Source of the DNA: Nemertoderma westbladi
Lineage: Eukaryota; Animalia; Xenacoelomorpha
DNA: 32,798 nt
Reading direction: 5' to 3'
NCBI GenBank assembly: GCA_032718475.1
Contig: JAUCBJ010001245.1
Coordinates: 1 to 32,798, forward strand
The position numbers and the translations under genes were made by a program. The notes below the pieces were generated by a model, which was given only the letters and a program-made list of their open reading frames with translations, was not told where the DNA came from and made no database searches. The stretch's first letter is position 1, and every line of letters begins with the position of its first letter. This document shows, piece after piece, positions 10,301 to 21,980 of the stretch.

Positions 10301-13300
10301 TCGGTCTCATAGTGGAGGCCATTTTATACTTTATTAAACCTACTTGTAGAGTGTAAGTTCGGTCTCATAGTGGAGGCCATTTTATACTTTATTAAACCTA
10401 CTTGTAGAGTGTAAGTTCGGTCTCATAGTGGAGGCCATTTTATACTTTATTAAACCTACTTGTAGAGTGTAAGTTCGGTCTCATAGTGGTGGCCATTTTA
10501 TACTTTATTAAACCTACTTGTAGAGTGTAAGTTCGGTCTCATAGTGGTGGCCATTTTATACTTTATTAAACCTACTTGTAGAGTGTAAGTTCGGTCTCAT
10601 AGTGGAGGCCATTTTATACTTTATTAAACCTACTTGTAGAGTGTAAGTTCGGTCTCATAGTGGTGGCCATTTTATACTTTATTAAACCTACTTGTAGAGT
10701 GTAAGTTCGGTCTCATAGTGGTGGCCATTTTATACTTTATTAAACCTACTTGTAGAGTGTAAGTTCGGTCTCATAGTGGTGGCCATTTTATACTTTATTA
10801 AACCTACTTGTAGAGTGTAAGTTCGGTCTCATAGTGGTGGCCATTTTATACTTTATTAAACCTACTTGTAGAGTGTAAGTTCGGTCTCATAGTGGTGGCC
10901 ATTTTATACTTTATTAAACCTACTTGTAGAGTGTAAGTTCGGTCTCATAGTGGAGGCCATTTTATACTTTATTAAACCTACTTGTAGAGTGTAAGTTCGG
11001 TCTCATAGTGGTGGCCATTTTATACTTATTAAACCTACTTGTAGAGTGTAAGTTCGGTCTCATAGTGGAGGCCATTTTATACTTTATTAAACCTACTTGT
11101 AGAGTGTAAGCTCGGTCTCATAGTGGTGGCCATTTTATACTTTATTAAACCTACTTGTAGCGTGTAAGTTCGGTCTCATAGTGGTGGCCATTTTATACTT
11201 TATTAAACCTACTTGTAGAGTGTAAGTTCGGTCTCATAGTGGAGGCCATTTTATACTTTATTAAACCTACTTGTAGAGTGTAAGTTCGGTCTCATAGTGG
11301 TGGCCATTTTATACTTTATTAAACCTACTTGTAGAGTGTAAGTTCGGTCTCATAGTGGTGGCCATTTTATACTTTATTAAACCTACTTGTAGCGTGTAAG
11401 TTCGGTCTCATAGTGGTGGCCATTTTATACTTTATTAAACCTACTTGTAGAGTGTAAGTTCGGTCTCATAGTGGTGGCCATTTTATACTTTATTAAACCT
11501 ACTTGTAGAGTGTAAGTTCGGTCTCATAGTGGTGGCCATTTTATACTTTATTAAACCTACTTGTAGAGTGTAAGTTCGGTCTCATAGTGGTGGCCATTTT
11601 ATACTTTATTAAACCTACTTGTAGAGTGTAAGTTCGGTCTCATAGTGGTGGCCATTTTATACTTTATTAAACCTACTTGTAGAGTGTAAGTTCGGTCTCA
11701 TAGTGGTGGCCATTTTATACTTTATTAAACCTACTTGTAGAGTGTAAGTTCGGTCTCATAGTGGAGGCCATTTTATACTTTATTAAACCTACTTGTAGAG
11801 TGTAAGTTCGGTCTCATAGTGGAGGCCATTTTATACTTTATTAAACCTACTTGTAGAGTGTAAGTTCGGTCTCATAGTGGAGGCCATTTTATACTTTATT
11901 AAACCTACTTGTAGAGTGTAAGTTCGGTCTCATAGTGGTGGCCATTTTATACTTTATTAAACCTACTTGTAGAGTGTAAGTTCGGTCTCATAGTGGAGGC
12001 CATTTTATACTTTATTAAACCTACTTGTAGAGTGTAAGTTCGGTCTCATAGTGGAGGCCATTTTATACTTTATTAAACCTACTTGTAGAGTGTAAGTTCG
12101 GTCTCATAGTGGTGGCCATTTTATACTTTATTAAACCTACTTGTAGAGTGTAAGTTCGGTCTCATAGTGGTGGCCATTTTATACTTTATTAAACCTACTT
12201 GTAGAGTGTAAGTTCGGTCTCATAGTGGTGGCCATTTTATACTTTATTAAACCTACTTGTAGAGTGTAAGTTCGGTCTCATAGTGGTGGCCATTTTATAC
12301 TTTATTAAACCTACTTGTAGAGTGTAAGTTCGGTCTCATAGTGGTGGCCATTTTATACTTTATTAAACCTACTTGTAGAGTGTAAGTTCGGTCTCATAGT
12401 GGTGGCCATTTTATACTTTATTAAACCTACTTGTAGAGTGTAAGTTCGGTCTCATAGTGGTGGCCATTTTATACTTTATTAAACCTACTTGTAGAGTGTA
12501 AGTTCGGTCTCATAGTGGTGGCCATTTTATACTTTATTAAACCTACTTGTAGAGTGTAAGTTCGGTCTCCTAGTGGTGGCCATTTTATACTTTATTAAAC
12601 CTACTTGTAGCGTGTAAGTTCGGTCTCATAGTGGTGGCCATTTTATACTTTATTAAACCTACTTGTAGAGTGTAAGTTCGGTCTCATAGTGGTGGCCATT
12701 TTATACTTTATTAAACCTACTTGTAGAGTGTAAGTTCGGTCTCATAGTGGAGGCCATTTTATACTTTATTAAACCTACTTGTAGAGTGTAAGTTCGGTCT
12801 CATAGTGGAGGCCATTTTATACTTTATTAAACCTACTTGTAGAGTGTAAGTTCGGTCTCATAGTGGTGGCCATTTTATACTTTATTAAACCTACTTGTAG
12901 AGTGTAAGTTCGGTCTCATAGTGGTGGCCATTTTATACTTTATTAAACCTACTTGTAGAGTGTAAGTTCGGTATCATAGTGGTGGCCATTTTATACTTTA
13001 TTAAACCTACTTGTAGAGTGTAAGTTCGGTCTCATAGTGGTGGCCATTTTATACTTTATTAAACCTACTTGTAGAGTGTAAGTTCGGTCTCATAGTGGTG
13101 GCCATTTTATACTTTATTAAACCTACTTGTAGAGTGTAAGTTCGGTCTCATAGTGGTGGCCATTTTATACTTTATTAAACCTACTTGTAGAGTGTAAGTT
13201 CGGTCTCATAGTGGTGGCCATTTTATACTTTATTAAACCTACTTGTAGAGTGTAAGTTCGGTCTCATAGTGGTGGCCATTTTATACTTTATTAAACCTAC

Positions 13301-14497
13301 TTGTAGAGTGTAAGTTCGGTCTCATAGTGGAGGCCATTTTATACTTTATTAAACCTACTTGTAGAGTGTAAGTTCGGTCTCATAGTGGTGGCCATTTTAT
13401 ACTTTATTAAACCTACTTGTAGAGTGTAAGTTCGGTCTCATAGTGGTGGCCATTTTATACTTTATTAAACCTACTTGTAGAGTGTAAGTTCGGTCTCATA
13501 GTGGTGGCCATTTTATACTTTATTAAACCTACTTGTAGAGTGTAAGTTCGGTCTCATAGTGGAGGCCATTTTATACTTTATTAAACCTACTTGTAGAGTG
13601 TAAGTTCGGTCTCATAGTGGAGGCCATTTTATACTTTATTAAACCTACTTGTAGAGTGTAAGTTCGGTCTCATAGTGGAGGCCATTTTATACTTTATTAA
13701 ACCTACTTGTAGAGTGTAAGTTCGGTCTCATAGTGGAGGCCATTTTATACTTTATTAAACCTACTTGTAGAGTGTAAGTTCGGTCTCATAGTGGTGGCCA
13801 TTTTATACTTTATTAAACCTACTTGTAGAGTGTAAGTTCGGTCTCATAGTGGAGGCCATTTTATACTTTATTAAACCTACTTGTAGAGTGTAAGTTCGGT
13901 CTCATAGTGGTGGCCATTTTATACTTTATTAAACCTACTTGTAGAGTGTAAGTTCGGTCTCATAGTGGAGGCCATTTTATACTTTATTAAACCTACTTGT
14001 AGAGTGTAAGTTCGGTCTCATAGTGGTGGCCATTTTATACTTTATTAAACCTACTTGTAGAGTGTAAGTTCGGTCTCATAGTGGAGGCCATTTTATACTT
14101 TATTAAACCTACTTGTAGAGTGTAAGTTCGGTCTCATAGTGGTGGCCATTTTATACTTTATTAAACCTACTTGTAGAGTGTAAGTTCGGTCTCATAGTGG
14201 AGGCCATTTTATACTTTATTAAACCTACTTGTAGAGTGTAAGTTCGGTCTCATAGTGGTGGCCATTTTATACTTTATTAAACCTACTTGTAGAGTGTAAG
14301 TTCGGTCTCATAGTGGAGGCCATTTTATACTTTATTAAACCTACTTGTAGAGTGTAAGTTCGGTCTCATAGTGGTGGCCATTTTATACTTTATTAAACCT
14401 ACTTGTAGAGTGTAAGTTCGGTCTCATAGTGGAGGCCATTTTATACTTTATTAAACCTACTTGTAGAGTGTAAGTTCGGTCTCATAGTGGTGGCCAT
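7320..14497 (+). repeat. 58-bp satellite, about 124 copies; unit is the exon D 3' end plus splice donor plus first intron bases
   Basis: Unit AAACCTACTTGTAGAGT|GTAAGTTCGGTCTCATAGTGG(T/A)GGCCATTTTATACTTTATT, nearly invariant apart from one T/A site; 7178 bp / 58 = about 124. Confidence 0.98.
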
Positions 14498-15112
14498 CAT
14501 CAACAGTTAGAGCCCAGTATGGGCTCCCATAGATGAGTACTGAAACTACTGCTGCTCTAAATAATCGGACCTTAAGTTTCCGACGTATCCTATGTGACTT
14601 TCAAATCCTGGAAAGCCTATTTACAGCTGCCCTTGCACCTAATCTCCTGATCCATGATCCCAGGTAACATAAGTCGAGCACATGCTCAAGCATACCATCC
14701 TTGGACCTTATGCTCCTACGTTCAGGCATTTCTTGAAGTTAACAAAAAGATCCACTCTAGAAGTAGTCTGTTCTAATGAGCTGAGGAGCCGTTGGGCTCC
14801 CTCTAGTGATTCTGAGAGTAATCCTATCATCAGCAAAGTCTAGATCAGTTAGGTGCTTGGTAGGATTTCCTCGACTCCTGGAACCAGTTGATAACTCTCC
14901 AATTATCCGTCTAAAGCGCTAGAATGGGCTCCATGGTCCCACGACCTTTACGGAACCCATTCTGATTTCCACGGAGCAGTCTCTCAGTGGGATCCCTGAT
15001 GCGATTTAATAGAATTCTATTGTATAGCTTTGCAGCAATCGAGATCAATGAGATTCCCCGAAAAGAACCATAGAGTGTTAGGTTGCCCTTCTTGGGAACT
15101 GGCACCAACTTA
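14498..15112 (-). mobile_element. Second, internally deleted copy of the same RTE-like LINE, in inverted orientation
   Basis: Minus strand gives VPVPKKGNLT..FRGISLISIAAKLYNRILLNRIR...QNGFRKGR, then jumps to HLTDLDFADD and VLIYGSPYWALT. Nucleotide similarity to ~6320-6765 is evident by eye. Confidence 0.88.
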
Positions 15113-15141
15113 TTGTTTTCATTTCTTGTGGGACTCTTGTT

Positions 15142-17057
15142 GTGGGGCGAGCCACGAAGTTGGCGGAGCCTTAGCGAATTGACACTGTTAGGGGGTGGGT
15201 CAATTTATGCAAATAGTTGTCGTCGTCGTCGTTGTCGTCGTCGTCGTTGTCGTCGTCGTCGTTACGATTTTGACATGCTAATAACTTTGTCGGATTTAAA
15301 GCTGCCAAGTTGAAAATTTGTAGGTATCAATATGAGCAAAAGTTGAGATTTTTGAGAGACTTTCAGACACCATCAGTTGCAATGGTCTCCCGCTAGAGGG
15401 CCACATGTCTAAACATTAAATGCCTCCCATTTCTTTGCTTTTAATCCTTTTAAGCTGAAACTTGGCAGATATGTATTAGACCATTAGCTGTGACTTTCAA
15501 AGGAGGCGAATCCATCTGCAGTTCTCCAGTCTGCCGCTAGAGGGCCAAAGGTCTGAAAGTGAAATCGTTGTCGACGTTACGATTTTGACATGCTAATAAC
15601 TTTGTCGGATTTAAAGCTGCCAAGTTGAAAATTTGTAGGTATCAATATGAGCAAAAGTTGAGATTTTTGAGAGACTTTCAGACACCAACAGTGCAATGGT
15701 CTCCCGCTAGAGGGCCACATGTCTAAACATTAAATGCCCTCCCATTTCTTTGCTTTTAATCCGTTTAAGCTGAAACTTGGCAGATATGTATTAGACCATT
15801 AGCTGTGACTTTCAAAGGAGGCGAATCCATCTGCAGTTCTCCAGTCTGCCGCTAGAGGGCCAAAGGTCTGAAAGTGAAATCGTTGTCGTCGTTACGATTT
15901 TGACATGCTAATAACTTTGTCGGATTTAAAGCTGCCAAGTTGAAAATTTGTAGGTATCAATATGAGCTAAAGTTGAGATTTTTGAGAGACTTTCAGACAC
16001 CATCAGTGCAATGGTCTCCCGCTAGAGGGCCACATGTCTAAACATTAAATGCCCTCCCATTTCTTTGCTTTTAATCCGTTTAAGCTGAAACTTGGCAGAT
16101 ATGTATTAGACCATTAGCTGTGACTTTCAAAGGAGGCGAATCCATCTGCAGTTCTCCAGTCTGCCGCTAGAGGGCCAAAGGTCTGAAAGTGAAATCGTTG
16201 TCGTCGTTACGATTTTGACATGCTAATAACTTTGTCGGATTTAAAGCTGCCAAGTTGAAAATTTGTAGGTATCAATATGAGCTAAAGTTGAGATTTTTGA
16301 GAGACTTTCAGACACCATCAGTGCAATGGTGTCCCGCTAGAGGGCCACATGTCTAAACATTAAATGCCCTCCCATTTCTTTGCTTTTAATCCGTTTAAGC
16401 TGAAACTTGGCAGATATGTATTAGACCATTAGCTGTGACTTTCAAAGGAGGCGAATCCATCTGCAGTTCTCCAGTCTGCCGCTAGAGGGCCAAATGTCTG
16501 AAAGTGAAATCGTTGTCGTCGTTATGATATTGACATGCTTATAACTTTGTCGAATTTAAAGCTGCCAAGTTGAAAATTTGTTTTGTTGAAAATCAGTTCA
16601 ACAGTCACCCGCTATAGGACTACTTTATGCCTGAAAGTGAATAGATTCTCCCGTCTCATTGATTTTAATCAGTTTAAGCTGAATCTTGCCATATATTCTG
16701 GACCACATGCTGCGTCTTTGTGGGGGGGGGGGGGGAGATTTAATCGGTCTGCCGCTATACGACGAAATTTCTGAAAGTGAGATCCGTCTCTCATTTCGTT
16801 ATCCGTTATTCAAGATGAAACTTGGCCGATGTACGTATGTACTATTCATCCATAGGCTGTGTCTTTGTGGGGCTGGAGACCCTAATCCATCTTCAGTTCT
16901 CACTATACCGCTAGAGTCAGAAATGTCTGAATAGAAATGAAAGAGGTAAAAAGTGATTAGGCGAAATCGGCTTAAAATTTGCTAATACAGTAATACTTTC
17001 GAATTAGTACTTAAATTAAATTTAAGTCACGTGCTGCGCGAAGGCCCCACTTCGTGT
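15142..17057 (+). mobile_element. Non-autonomous element (Helentron/HINE-like architecture) with a (GTC)n microsatellite and internal 315-bp array
   Basis: 5' end GTGGGGCGAGCCACGAAGT..GAGCCTT and 3' end CACGTGCTGCGCGAAGGCCCCACTTCGTGT; both ends are shared with the elements at 21.1-24.8 kb. The superfamily is inferred. Confidence 0.6.
15261..16580. repeat. 315-bp tandem repeat, about 4.2 copies followed by a diverged copy to ~16935
   Basis: Unit starts (GTTACGATTTTGACATGC) at 15261, 15576, 15891, 16206 and, slightly diverged, 16521. Each unit contains CCGCTAGAGGGCCA twice, implying two related subunits. Confidence 0.95.
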
Positions 17058-18414
17058 TCTTTACATGTGTACTATAATGGGGTAAATGAGCTCCAAACAC
17101 TGATATTTTATAGACCTCAGGGCGGGACAGCATCTACTCCCCTGGCACCATTGGTCTAACTCTAATGCTCTTTGCATATCATAATGGAATTAAGTCAAAA
17201 TCTCTTTGCGCTGGCCCCGTTTTTTGAATTACCTTACACATTAATGGTACTGCATAATGCATTAATTAAGTAGGCCTCGCAATACACACCGGGTAACCCG
17301 ACTCAGGTATTGCCAGCTAGTCAAAAATAAAAATATAATTTTGTTTAAAACCCATTTAAAACTAGCTTTTTTCGAAACCAACTTTCTCTAAGTTTCGCCG
17401 TTTACATTCTGTACACATTTTGATTATATTCCCGATTAACCAGACATCCTGTATGGCTAACAGACTGTAATAAGGCGTTTTTTTAATCACTTTCAGTACC
17501 CCCATGTTGTCTGCGTTTCTTTTTCCTTTCTCTTCTTTTTTATTTCGATGTTTCCACATATTCCCGTATAATTCAGCGCCGCTGTACCGAGAATGACTTG
17601 AATCTAATTAGCATTCTATACATAATACATCGCCCGTTGACTTAGTACCCCTAATTACTATGCGCAAACCATTTCCATAGGGCACTGCCGTAAATTAAAT
17701 TCAATCTAGCTGGCATCTCATTGATATGCAAAAGGAATAAATCTTTTGGGGCCTAGTCAAGGCCCTGTCAATACCTGTTACTCAGACTTACAAACCAGCT
17801 GAATACTAACAACCCCTACGTTTGTATAAAACATTCTATCTCTCTCTGCCCCAAAGGCCTTTGTGAATTCATAAGTTTTCTTTTTTTTTCTCTCTTGGGA
17901 ATATATTTATCTACTACACTATTAGGAAAGTTAGTAATTGCATCTTGAATATTAAATGGGGTGACTATCTGTTGTGAAAAAGGTTTACAAACTTGAAACC
18001 ACAATATTTTTCCCCTGGCCCATTTACAATCCATCCCACTGTTTCGTTAAAAAGGCTGAAAATATATGGATCTCGTCAAAAAATGTCGCCTATGCCTGTA
18101 TTTTTAGTATTCTGACCCCGAAAGTTAAATATTGAGCAGTCACATTTTAACAGGAAAATTACTAAATTTGGAGTTTCCGCTAAAATATATCATTATCACA
18201 ACCCCCACAAATATATAAAATTATCACTTTTGGGGGGGGGGGGGGGGGGGGGGTACACCATTTTGGTCCAAAATATGTCGAAATTATTTTATGATCGATT
18301 ATAATGCACAATTAAATGGTGTTTCCAAATCTGAAAACCGCTATTTAATATCTCTTTTAATTTTCAAGTTATAACAATTTCAATTTAGGGAGACCTATTG
18401 AAATTACTATTAAT

Positions 18415-20200
18415 ATGTATAATGAAAGGTCGATTATCTCCTAATATTTTTTTGATGAAATTGTCAACTTCAAAACCCTACTATGTACTTCTACAATTTT
18501 TGAGCAATCAGTGTCTACATAGCCACCCTGCATAAAAGTATCAGACTACTTTTGTAATTTTTTGTTAATAACATTTAATACTATAACCAGAGTATAACGC
18601 CCTTATAACCAGAGTATCCAACAGTTTAATATCAAAGCATGATGGGATGGAGTGGTAAACAACTACATAACTCAACTCTACTTCACTAGGCCTACTATCG
18701 GAATTTTAGTCAATTAGTAGCGTTTTCCGCTCTACTAAGTTCATCGCGGCTGCCCGTATCGGAAATGCCGATATCGTATATATATATAGTAGCAAGTGGG
18801 CCGAGTAGAAAAAAATAAAATATTGTTCACGAACTTCACGAGGCTATTTTATTATATTAAGTAAAACACCATTAACGCGTTGGCGGTACGTAACGTAACC
18901 ACAACGCCTACGTGGTTTGGAGATATACGATGTGAAATTCATTACAAAACATTATGTGATACCGAAATTAGTAGACCACCCAATTAAAACTTATGCAAGT
19001 GATGGGAATTGTCCCAATATGGCGCCAATAAGAAAATTGAAGTTATTTTGTTGTTAAGACCCATAGTACATGCTCTTTTTTCCTTATTAAGGGGGGGGGG
19101 GGGGGGGGGGGGGTAAACAATTTTTGGACAACTCCTCGTTTTATCACTCAGCGTTTCAAAATTGGTTAGAAAAACTTTATTTTTCGCTATTTAATATTAG
19201 TTAATACTAGTTAACAATAAAACAAAACTTGGTTGCGTTTAAAACCCTAAGGCCCCCCTCACACGGAGCAACTTGTTTCTGCAACTTGTTACTGGACCCC
19301 CTCACACACAGAAACAAGTTGGTGCAACTTGTTTCTGCAACTTGTTTCCGAAACTTGTTTCAGCAACTTGTTGCTGGACCCCCTCACACACAGAAACTTG
19401 TTGCTGGACCCCCTCACACACAGAAACTTGTTGCTGGACCCCCTCACAAACAGAAACTTGTTGCTGCAACTTGTTGCTGGACACCCTCACACACAAAACT
19501 TGTTGCTCAAGAAAATAACAATTATTTCAAAACAAATAGCTAACATGTCCAGTCATTATTGATATATAATATCAAATCACTAAATTTATCGAATCTCTAA
19601 TATAGAAATTGGATGTAAAAAAGGTTTTTAAAAAAGTTGCTGGGTATATAACTTCCAGCAACTTGTTGCTGGACCCCCTCACACACAGAAACAAGTTGCA
19701 GAAACAATTTGCAGAAACTTGTTGCTGGAGTCCTCACACACAGAAACAAGTTTCGGAAACAAGTTGCAGCAACAAGTTTCTGTGTGTGAGGGGGTCCAGC
19801 AACAAGATTCAGAAACAAGTTGCAGAAACAAGTTGCAGAAACAAGTTGCTCCGTGTGAGGGGGGCCTAAGGCTTTTACAGTTTTGAATCTAATCACATGA
19901 AAGTTTTTTTATATAATAGATCAAGGATGGGGCAACATAACTATCAGGCGAAATGTTCTGAAAATAATTCCGCACCGCTAGTGGCGCTGCAAATGCTAAT
20001 TGCAAAATGCTAATTTTTAGGATCGTTATAAATAGTATTAAATTTCAAAAAGTTGTCTGATACTTTTATGCAGGGTGGCTATGTTGACACCCACAGAAAT
20101 TTTCAGACTAATTGCTCTAAACTTGTAGAAGAAGTAGGGTTTTGAAGTTGACAATTTCATAAAAAAAATATTTGGAGATAATAGACCTTTCATCATACAT
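18415..20200. repeat. Pair of ~150-bp inverted repeats (18415-18560 and 20040-20200)
   Basis: ATGAAATTGTCAACTTCAAAACCCTACT..CATAGCCACCCTGCATAAAAGTATCAGAC, with its reverse complement at ~20055-20160. Confidence 0.8.
19251..19866. mobile_element. PIF/Harbinger (Tourist-like) MITE, 616 bp
   Basis: Perfect 40-bp TIR GGCCCCCCTCACACGGAGCAACTTGTTTCTGCAACTTGTT; TAA on both flanks (19248-50 and 19867-69); internal ~30-bp subrepeats derived from the TIR. Confidence 0.88.
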
Positions 20201-20344
20201 ACAGTAGTCATAAACTTTTCCCAGTGTGCTATTTTTTGGTGCGGATTTTAATTACTGCTATGTTCGCCTATGTTCGGGGGTGTATTCTAGTGTGTTCTAC
20301 TAAGATATTGTGTGTTCGCTTGTATTCTGTAAAAATATATATCC

Positions 20345-20665
20345 TATCAATAGAAAGCTTGCGTTGCAAGGATTCAAAATGTATGACAATATCTGAATTT
20401 CGTTGAGAAACAGCTGAGATATAGGGGTTCAAAGATTACAAGAAGTATCATTCGCTGCAGGCCATTTATTCTATTTAATAAACACAAAGATCTGGAACAT
20501 TTTATTTATATATAGCTACGCAATTAGATATATTGTGTATGTAAACGGCTGTTGCGCACCAACTCAAAGTAAATAATACGTTCTAGAATCTCAGCTGTTT
20601 ATCAACGAAATTCAGATATCATTACATATTATTTGAAATACTTGCAACGCAACCTTTCTAATGAT
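20345..20665. repeat. Foldback/MITE-like inverted repeat with ~75-bp arms
   Basis: TAGAAAGCTTGCGTTGCAAG..TATCTGAATTTCGTTGAGAAACAGCTGAGAT (20351-20420) versus ATCTCAGCTGTTTATCAACGAAATTCAGATA..CTTGCAACGCAACCTTTCTA (20588-20660). Confidence 0.75.
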
Positions 20666-21304
20666 ATGACAAAAAAGACTAATGTGAAGAATGGCTACGA
20701 CACGGAGGGTTCGATTTCGCAAAAGACACTTTTTTAAAACGCTTATAAAAAAAATTTAAAGGCAAAATCGAAAATTCCGGCTTCATGGGGTCATCGACGG
20801 TGAGTGGAACTAGTTGTGTTTCAAATTTCAACCAATGTGATAAAGATTTGTAGAAAAAATTGGGGGGGGGGGGGGGGGGGGGGTAGGTGGTGGTGTCCGT
20901 GTCATTAAAAAATGACACTAGATTAAGTCCATGACACTTCCCGTACACCATGAAACTGGCCTTAGGGCTGAGTACTACTTTGGGCGTAATCTACATAAAT
21001 CTTCGAAAATATATTATGCCGCTTCTTGTTGTGTGTAGTTATTTACAATCCATTAAACTGTCTTAGCATTTTATCCGAATCATCCCTGTCATGGCTGAAT
21101 ATCCCGATAACCACGTTACACCCCAACTATTCCTACCGGGTTGGGGCGAGCCACGTAGGTCCAAGTGAGCCTTAGCGTAGGGGTATAATTAGTGGACCCG
21201 TCTGACATCGTCGTCGTACATTTTTGAACGCTTATAAGTCGGTCTATCTTTGATGAAATGGAACCAAACTTGGCACACATGTAGTCTATCAAGAGTTTAG
21301 AAAT

Positions 21305-21930
21305 TATACACGTTCGTGGGGACTTCGCGCAGCACGTAGTCGGCAAGCCTTGGCATACGGTTCATATAGAGCAAATGGGGCATGTCTAGTTTGGACCCAA
21401 TATCCCATGCTATAAATGTATTCATTCGATATACAATCATATGTTAATCCGCTAGGTGGTGTCAAATTGTTATTCTGCAATTTCGTACTTACCAGTGCAA
21501 CACTGTACAGCAGTACCGTACCGGTAGGCCTATGTCATTACTTCTGAGTCTCTAGCGGATCCCCAATTAAATGTCTTAACTTTTCAATTTCGTAAAAGAT
21601 AGACTTCATGATTCTCTACAGGCCACCAAAATTTCAGCTCAGGAAAATGAGGCCTTCCCGAGAAATTTAACATTTTCTAAAAACCACATAATCTGTCGTA
21701 GCTGACGTCAGACTGCATGATTTTTCACCAAACTTTACAAACTTTCTAAACTTTCTCTCTACTACTTACCTACTAAGTTTGGTTCAATTCCGAACGAGCG
21801 ATGCCGAGAAATTCGCGTTCAAACATTTACCAGACGGACGGACGGACAGACAGACAGACAGACGGACATGCCCCATTTGCCCTATATGAACCGTATGCAA
21901 AGGCTCGCCGACTACGTGTCTCGCCCCACA
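21305..21930 (-). mobile_element. Nested non-autonomous element with 54-bp subterminal inverted repeats and a (GACA/GACG)n microsatellite
   Basis: 21334-21387 CACGTAGTCGGCAAGCCTTGGCATACGGTTCATATAGAGCAAATGGGGCATGTC matches the reverse complement of 21865-21918 with 3 mismatches. Its minus-strand termini match those of 15142-17057. Confidence 0.78.
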
Positions 21931-21980
21931 CAGACTTCTATAAGTTCCTCTGTCTTCTGCAATGGAGCAAATTGACAGAA

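Noticed and set aside
7320-14497. CRISPR-like array
   Set aside because: Head-to-tail identical units with no unique spacers, no cas genes, and a spliceosomal eukaryotic context. The same applies to the other arrays.
19229-19896. Cluster of short ORFs
   Set aside because: They derive from the MITE's internal subrepeats and show no transposase motifs.
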